From the human T2T-CHM13v2.0 reference genome, Homo sapiens, in the NCBI RefSeq assembly GCF_009914755.1, contig NC_060927.1: DNA of 64,000 nucleotides, one strand, 5' to 3'. Made by a program: the position numbers and the translations under genes. The notes below the pieces were generated by a model, which worked only from the letters and a program-made list of their open reading frames with translations, was not told the DNA's origin and ran no database searches. Positions 55,509-64,000 of this stretch are shown here, one piece after another (within the stretch, counting starts at the first letter, position 1; every line of letters begins with the position of its first letter).

Positions 55509-57560
55509 TAATTTCTATTTTTGAATCCATGACACAAGTAATTTATTTCAATAAGGTTTTCTGGAACAACGTTACATTTTTTTCAAAAATTAATGGGTTA
55601 AACTGAGAAATTTTATATATAATCAAAATGACCAGTTTGGCTGTAGAAGTGTTTAGATAAATAATGTTCAATCTTATCTTGAAATGTTCCGATGCAGGGC
55701 TAGTAATAGTAAATCACTGGGAAACTGGCCTATGGTCTATCACTACGATAACTTAACTAATAAGAAAATGATCACTTATATTTGAGGTGGCGTATTAATA
55801 GAGAAGATATCCTACCATCCTTCCCTTTACAAGGAGAGAGAGAGTGTGTGAGAGCGAAAGTAAACAAAATAACACATTCTCCACATTTAGCACACTTTGA
55901 GAATTTGTGATGGTAGAACGGACTGGACATTTACAAACATAATTTATAGTTTTGAGTCCCCATAATACATAGGAGTTTAAGGGAGATTTTTTGAATGTTA
56001 CATAATCTGCATAAATGAATCGGAAACACTATGCACATGAACACATTTTTAAACTTATGTCAACCACAGTAAATTTATAGAAAATGAAAATTCTCAAAAC
56101 TATAACTCTCTATCCCAAAAATCTGCATTTTTCTCACAGTCATACCCTTTAGAGAATTGTCACAGTACCTTATGTAGAATTTTTTTTTATTAATCTGAGA
56201 TTTAATCAAAAGAATCTGCTTCTCAGTTGGCTAGAAAATCCTTCACTTATCTTCTCTATCAAAAATCAATCTTGAACTTTTGGAAGAAGCTCAGACCTTT
56301 GCATAGGAGACTGCCAAGAAAGAAAAATGCCCAGACTTTTCATACCAGCACTTAATGGCTGGACATATTTGGAACATCCCTGTGTTGGCCCTCATAAATG
56401 GCAATCTCTCAGCATAGGACATATACAAAGCCTTCAAAGGCAGCACTGGAGGAAGAGCTGGAGACCTTAGGAAAGCAGGTGGAAGGGAATAAGCTCCTCT
56501 CCAAGTTCTTAAAAATACCTCTTCACATCCCAATTTTATTTCTGAGCTACACAAAACAACTGATGTGTTCTTATAATTTTTATCTTAGAATGTTTTTCTT
56601 ATCTTCTTTATCAAAGCACTTTTTAAATGTCTTGCTGTGGGTCCTCAATTCTAGGAAACAAAGAAAATGGGGAAATAAAACTACCAAGTGAAAGCAAACA
56701 TATCTTAGATAAAAATAAGATCCAATAAGAAAGAGAAGGAGAAAGAGAGAGAGAAGAGTTGGTTAAAAGGAGGATCAGGGTCTGAATTGTATGTGGATTA
56801 AAACATTTTCTATCTTTCGATATTGTTTTCTTCTCCATAACTTTGTCTTGAAGGCTTCCTCATCACATCATATGTCATCATCCTAATGGTGTTCAGTAAA
56901 TTACAGCATTAGATCTCTGCCCTTTGTTTTGAATTCATATTAAAATTCTGACTTGTGGTCAGCACCTGATTCCTTTTTAGACCTGACCTAATTTTCCTCA
57001 GGCCCCAGACCTATACACTCATATTAATTTGTAAGTCTCGTCTGGTCTGAGAGTCTCCAGATGGGGAAATTTAGCTTATTCACACTCTCAAATTTAGTTA
57101 TATGAACAAAGCCTTTTGTTTCATTTCCAACATGCCAGGCTTGCTGCAGACTTAAAATCTAGCTGTTGTTTTTCTTCCCACAACATATAGAGGTATTTAT
57201 TTGTCAATTAAAAAAAAACAATCTGAATTGCTTCTATATTTACCCCCTTACTTGTATTCTTGGTCCTTGTATTATGGTTCAATGTAATGAGTAGCAGGTT
57301 GTAAGCCAGAAACCAATCTCGCAGAGAGAGCATTGTCATGAAGTAGTGGCAAGAAGAGCACTGGGCTGGGGGCAATAGACCTCTCCTGTCATCATGGTTC
57401 CATTGCTAATCAGCTGTCAGATTTGCAATATTTTTTTTCACCTGTTTGGGCCTCAGTGTCCTCGTCTACAATGTGAAAAAGCTCACCATATAATTTGAAA
57501 GTCTATTTCTGGTTTCATGAGTAATGATTATCAAGAATAAACAAACCCCAAAATGTGCTT

Positions 57561-57648
57561 CATATATCTATATATACACACACACATATATATACGTGTG
57601 TATATATACACACATATATATATATGTGTGTATATATACATATATATA
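57561..57648. repeat. Compound (TA)/(CA)/(TG) microsatellite
   Basis: Directly visible alternating purine-pyrimidine tract. Confidence 0.85.
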
Positions 57649-58224
57649 TTTTTCTTATTATGGGTCAGTGTCCACATAAACCATCAGAGGATATATTAGA
57701 AAGTACATCCTATGATCATGGCATGTCAAATAATTGATAATCTTACTCATTTATGATAAAAATGACCGAAAATTTATCTTTAGAGAATTAGATTTCCTGT
57801 CCAAGCACCTACTGGGATATGACTAGCAAGAGAGTATGCTAATTAAGTGTGTAAATATTGGGTTTACAGGCTTGTCTACAAAGACTTTCCCTTCTCCTAA
57901 AATTACTTGCATCATTTAAATGTTCATTTAAAACATTCCCCAGCTGAGATTTGAACACAGATTAAATAATCATGACCTTCCCTACCTAACTTTATAATGA
58001 AGTAGCTTAGAGTCTACGCTACTTTAATTTTTACCCTGTAATCTGTGCACTAATGGTAAATTTTACCTTTTTGGGTCCAATTATCATGAATCCAAAAATT
58101 TATCATACAAATATTTGATGAGAGAGCATGTTGTTCCTTATGTTTGTGTTTAACATTAGATGTATAAAAATAGATTCAGTTTCCCAAAGGATAAAATTTC
58201 TTTCTAATTATTGTTAATTCCATA

Positions 58225-58700
58225 AAATGAGATATTTAAGTGCCCATTACATACTTGGTTCTGTGTTAGGCACTGGGGATACCAAAACAAATAATAGAGC
58301 TTAAAATCTGGTGGGAAAAGTAGACAAAGATTTAATGGGCATATTACAGTGCAATATATTTTATAAAAGGAATAGGTATAGAGGGGTGGCACTAAATCTA
58401 ACTAGAATATCATCAAAGGCTTCTCAGAGATGACCTGAGTTTTAAAGGGTGAATAGGCCTTGTCTGTATAGATGCTGAGGAAAAGGCATTTGTGACAGCA
58501 GGGTTATTAATATATTAAGCAATTCACTCTCACAGAAGGTGAATGGAGGTGTGGTAGAAAGGCAATGAGGCCAAAGAGGTAGGTAGGTAGATACCAGATC
58601 TTTAAAGACTGTGCTAAGCTTTAGAGTGTAGACTTCATCATAAGATACAGTGAGGGATAAAGTTCCCTTTTGAACAGTGATCCTTTGAACATAGAGCGCC
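58225..58700 (-). mobile_element. L2 LINE 3' fragment
   Basis: atatttaagtgcccatta...tgtgttaggcactggggatacc...aaaggcttctcagagatgacctgagttttaaaggg. Confidence 0.65.
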
Positions 58701-61149
58701 ACCAAACAGTGGGAGATGTTTCACTCTGCTTCATTTTCAAGGACTGTAAACTGACAATAATAATAGTGCCAACCTCAGTGGGGTTACCAGTATTAAATTA
58801 GGCAACATATATAAAGCATTTATATTGGTATGTAGTAACTGCTCAGTAAGTAACAGCTAGTATAATTCTCATTATCATTGTATTATGACAATTACTTCTA
58901 ATGAAGGAAAGACCATGAACTATGACTAGTGAATACTTATCATTTTATGTACGAAAGTTACTAAGAAATAGCTTTAAAAGTATTGCCTTTGCGGTTTAGT
59001 TTGGTGCTGGACAAAAATTATATGCTTTTGCATATCTTCAAAGTAATTTATCTGTACCACCTTTCAATTGGAAAGTCAGCCTCTGAAAAATGTTTACATA
59101 GGCTCACAATTGCACATACGTAGGAAATTTTTATTTCAGGTTCATTTAGGAGGCAAGTCCTATATCAACCTTGTAACCTTGTTAGGATATATCAAATTTT
59201 TATGGAATTTAGATATAGTGCTTCAAGGGTAAGATTAAACACTGTATTAAAGAGACATGTCACAACTGAATCAGAGAGTGCTTTTTACAGTTTAATTTTT
59301 GGGAGGCTGCAAAGAAATGTTTCAGAAGGATCTCTTTGCAGGGAGTGGAGGATGCTTTATTTGTTTACAAGAGGACGTCAATAAATATCTAAAAATGTAC
59401 AAGTAGACCTTGCATGTTTTCTTATATCTCAGTTAATATATGTATATATTATTTTAGCTACTATCACTTCTAAGGTTTAATCAATGATATTGAATTAGTC
59501 TCTGAAGAACTCCATTAGCATCCTAATGTGAGTTCTGATTTGCAGCTCAAAAGCTTCAGGTCTGAATCCTGCTTCAGGAATGTGATTTTGAATCAGGCAT
59601 GTGATTTTGACCAAAATGACCTCAATGTGTGGTTTTTCATTAAACAATCTCAGATTTGTTGTCTATGAGTGTGGCAATACTGACTCTCATGAGTACTCAC
59701 TTCACATAGTATCTGGTACATAGTGTGTGCTTGCAGTTGGTAACTGCCAGCATTATCACCACCACCTCTGCTCTTATTGTTAATTGAAGCCCTCTGAAAC
59801 TCCAGCCACCTGTTCAAACTTATATCGATGAGCAATGTAGAACTGAAATAGCAATACTCTTAAAGTCTAGTGAAGAGGTGATATTTTTGTATCAGTCATG
59901 ATTCTTGATTGCAAGTAAAAACAAAAAAGGAATTCATTAGCAGGACGTGTAGACTCAGAATTAGAAGGATACAAAACAAGACTAGGAAAAGAACATGAGC
60001 TAAGGTAGCCCCAGATTGCCAATGCAAGAAGTTCAATTGTGACATTTCACAAGGATGGCCTGAACATGTTTCTGTCTGTAGATCCTGTGCGGGAGTCCTA
60101 ACTTCCCCTGCACCTCTGATTCACAGTGCCTGAGGGAAGAATTCAATTGGCCAAGCTAAAATCACATGCTCAGACACAGACTGCCAGGACAAGAAGACTC
60201 TTTCCATCTTACCCTTCCATGATGGAAAGTGGAGCCCTGTGTCTCTCCATTACTATATACAATGAAGAACCCACCCATACCCCTACCAGATACGATGTTA
60301 GCCAGCAAAAAAAAAAAAAAAAAAAAAAAAAGCATCATAATGTCAGACAGAATTAGCTGAAATATGGAGAAGTGGTATTTTTGATGCATCTTGCTCACTG
60401 TAACAAATCTGTGTTCCTTATGTGAGTCTAACGGTGGAATCCTACTTACCAATCTGTGTTTCCTCAGCTATAATAGATTGTGTCTTGGTCAGTAGCTCCC
60501 ATTTTATAGCTAAAATGTTACCTTATGTTCTTTTTCAAAATTACCTCTAAGACAATGACAATCTGAATTTTAAAATAAATAATCTACTTCAAAGGTCAAA
60601 GAGTATTTTGTAATAGAGAGGAAGCTCTTTTATCTCTTACCCTTTGGCTGGAGCAAGCGTATCCATTGCAGATGCCTAAAAGTGTATCTGTATCATGCGG
60701 GGTAGGGTGGGAAGGCCAAGAATCTAGAATGGGAAAAAAGGGATTAAGTCAGACATCATTTTCAAATTTTCATTGACAATTTTAATCCTAAATCTCCTGA
60801 TCCTCGTTGGATAAAACCTCATAAATGCTGATTGATTTGAACGGCTCTCTAGTTATTAACTACTTAGCATTTACAAGCCTTTTGTAAGAAAAAAAAATGA
60901 CCAGGCTTATGATGTTGTAGGCTGATTACTTCAGTAACTGCATCGGTTTTCCTAAAGAAGGTTGAATTTACTAACCCTACTTTTTCAGGGTTTACATAAA
61001 GAATTATAAAAACTTTTAAAGCTAACCCTTACTTGTAGATTCGCATTCTTAAGAATGCATGAGATAAAGAAAAGAGGAAAAAATCTAAAATGAAGTTTTC
61101 CAGCCATTAAAGTGGACACTAGTGAAGGACTCCTGGATTTATTTTTTTA

Positions 61150-61325
61150 AAACATAAACCAGTACCTTAAGCCTTAATGTGCACTGGAATGAACCAAGGA
61201 TCTCCTTTAATATAAATTCTAATTCAGGAAGTCTGAGGTGGAGTCAAGACCCTCCTTTTTTAAACAAACTCCACAGTGATGCTGGTGTCACTGGTCCTGC
61301 ACACCGGACTGTGGGTGGCAAGGTT
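61150..61325. mobile_element. MER5-type hAT MITE relic
   Basis: aattctaattcaggaagtctgaggtggagtcaaga...tttttaaacaaactccacagtgatgctggtgtcactggtcc. Confidence 0.55.
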
Positions 61326-63435
61326 TTTAAAATGTCTTGAGACTTTTGAGGAAGTTAATACTCCCAGTTGTAAACAACACTAACCAGTAACAATTCAGTC
61401 CTTTCTATCCTTTTCCACCGTCCTATACTTTTTCAATCCCCAACACATCTGCAAATTTATTTGGACATAGTTTATTTCTGATGGACAAAGGAGGTCTATC
61501 TAAAAGCAGTTAACCTCAATACTGAAGTAGTACAACACAGTACTTAAAATGTCATCACAAACAATTTATATTACTGTTAGTTCCAGAAGACGCAAATCAA
61601 ATACCATCCATTTTAAAAGTTTTGTCAATGCTCTATTCTATTTTCATAAGGGCTTCTAGAAAACAGAAAATATTTCCACGTTTTAGAAGTAAGATTTTAC
61701 TCTTTTGTCGTAAGGAGCAAATGGTATATTTTAAAGACTCAATTTTTTTATATTTTAAGTATAGCAATAAACTTTGCTTCTTATAAAAATAGAGGAAGTA
61801 AAGTATATATAGCAATGTCCAATTATGAAGTTGCATTATCTCTGCAGTCTGATCTCGTATTTAAAGATTATTGGGGCATTTAGATAGTAAGAAATACAAA
61901 AATTTGCATTTAATTGCATAATATTCTCAGTCCTTTGAAAGGGAATTTCTGGGTTTCAGGTAGCAGACAGGGAGTTAATATGATTTCAAGTTGCCACGGT
62001 TGCTTAAGAGGAGAAAATACTTATACCTAGAAAGGAATGAACCTACAATATACTCAGTATCTTTGCACCACAGTTTCCAAATGTGTTCACACTTCCTACC
62101 AAACACTCCAAGCAACAAAGATTCTGTTATCATGTAAGTTTGAGAAATGTAGCACACTGCATCCCTGTTCGTAAAGACTGAGAAGGTATATTAGCAGCAT
62201 ATAATAAGCTCAGAGAAATTCTGAAGAAATTGATTAAACTTTATTTAAAAGAAATGTTGCATAAATTTATTTTCTATCATAATCTTTTTCTTTTTTGTAC
62301 ATATTGTTAATACTCTATTAACATCCTATCCTATGAATTTGAAGTTTTAAAAACACACCTTAGGAAAAGTTACTAAAACCAATATCATAATAGGAAGAAT
62401 AATCATGGTTTTAATCTTTTAAAAATATAGGACATCACATGTATCATCCTACAGTAAATCTACAAAAATAGAGAGCAAGATTATTCTCGCTACAAAATGG
62501 AGATAAAAATGCCTACTTAGAAAATCACTGGTGAGCGTAAATAAGAGTATATGTGAAAGCAGTTTGCAAATTGAAAAGTGCTATAGAATTATGATGTGTT
62601 ATTTTTGGGTCATAGTTAACAGTATACACACATATACATACATGTGTATATGTATATTTATGCATGTATAAGAAAGAAAGACAGGAATGTGTATATGCTA
62701 TACCACAAATTCCTGTCTTCGTGTTCTCCACGATACTGATCCTAGCATGGATGTAGAGAGGACATGCACAATACATGTATTTGAGTGAATGGATGCAGGA
62801 ATAAGTGGGTGAACAACAAATAGGGATTCTGTACCTTATTACTAGGTCACCCTTTAGCTTAAACGAGAAAGACATTCTGAAATCAGTCTTCCTTCAGTGT
62901 TTGGAAGTTATGCTTGTTCCGTACTTCCTTATAGTATCTCATCATTTATACTGTACGATTATAGGCCACATTCTCGTTAGTCATTTGGTTAAAACTGATT
63001 TGCCTAAAATATAGACAATAAAGTTATAGGAAACCAAAAGTCAGGATTCTATTTCTATTCAATAGTCTATTCTTTTGGATATTTTGGCTACCCAAATACT
63101 GAAGTCCCTTAGTATTCAGATTACACTTGAGGAGAAACTGTTTTGGTTTTCTCTCAAAAGATCTTATAATACCTGACAATTATTAATATAAGTTTTATTA
63201 AGCATTTATAAATATCACAAATTAATCCACTTGGGGTTTGGTTTTCTGATTTATAAAACAGTATCCAAGTGTACCTTGCCCCTACATTGTCCTTGCTCTT
63301 TTTTGAAAATCTTTGACCTTTTATACGATAATTAACTTGCAATCTGTACTCTACATAGTCCTCACATCTACTGACAATCTCATACAAACAATTACTCACT
63401 TTCTTCTGTTCCCCCCCATGAAATACATATGTAAA

Positions 63436-63437
<2 letters not shown>

Positions 63438-63476
<39 letters not shown>
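63438..63476. repeat. (AT)n microsatellite, ~19 units
   Basis: Directly visible perfect run. Confidence 0.92.
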
Positions 63477-63479
<3 letters not shown>

Positions 63480-64000
63480 CCTTCTGTTTATGGTATTACT
63501 AAAGAACAATCTTTAACTATTACCCCCATCATGGAAGAACATATTGCAAACTCTAAATATTTATAATTTTATTGTGAAAAATAATTACTAGATTAATAAG
63601 TCTATGGGTACTGACTACCCATACAGGTATAAGGTATAAGGTATACCTTATACAGGTATAAGAATTAAATACTGACTAAGTCTGAGTCACTGATTTGAAA
63701 TGTAAAGTGTGAAATTTCAATGTGCTTATAGAAAAGCGCAGGTTTTGAACCACTCACACTGATATATTTTTAACCAAAACAGACAAATTAGCTTTGATGA
63801 TGAAAATAAAAATCATAACCACAGTGTCATCATATTCCTAAGGATAAAAAAGTGTTAAGCAGCTAATACTTTGTGACTGAGGTTAATTGTCATTCTGTAG
63901 TGATGATGCTAATCACTATGCAATTTTCATTATCTGGACTTTGTTAAAGCACCTAGTATATATTTTATTGAAACCTGTGTAGTATGTTTTACATTATGCC

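Noticed and set aside
58693-58713. Minus-strand GGTGGCGCT as a second CTCF site
   Set aside because: Lacks the CCASYAG half of the motif at the correct spacing.

Overview
AT-rich human (primate) genomic DNA with no prokaryotic features. The window lies inside the + strand voltage-gated K+ channel gene KCNH8 (Kv12.1/ELK1). It holds four internal coding exons that splice in frame via GT-AG introns: 2665-2792, 7804-8044, 50556-50713 and 55179-55386 (probably exons 4-7). They encode the post-PAS linker and S1-S5. The rest is intron rich in transposons. These include three L1s of different ages: a ~140-bp human-specific pre-Ta L1HS at 418-559, a 5'-truncated L1PA5/6-like sense copy at 10414-15965, and a full-length L1PA2/3 antisense copy at 30689-36703 with a perfect TSD. 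There are also four Alus, ERV1/MaLR solo LTRs, hAT MITEs, MIR/L2/old-L1 relics and microsatellites. The best hypothesis is that the antisense promoter of the full-length L1 points in the KCNH8 sense direction, and that its ORF0 splice donor is in phase with the next KCNH8 exon. That would allow an in-frame ORF0-KCNH8 chimeric channel subunit. Repeat subfamily names and exon/residue numbers come from recalled consensus features, not database searches. Boundaries of old repeats are approximate.
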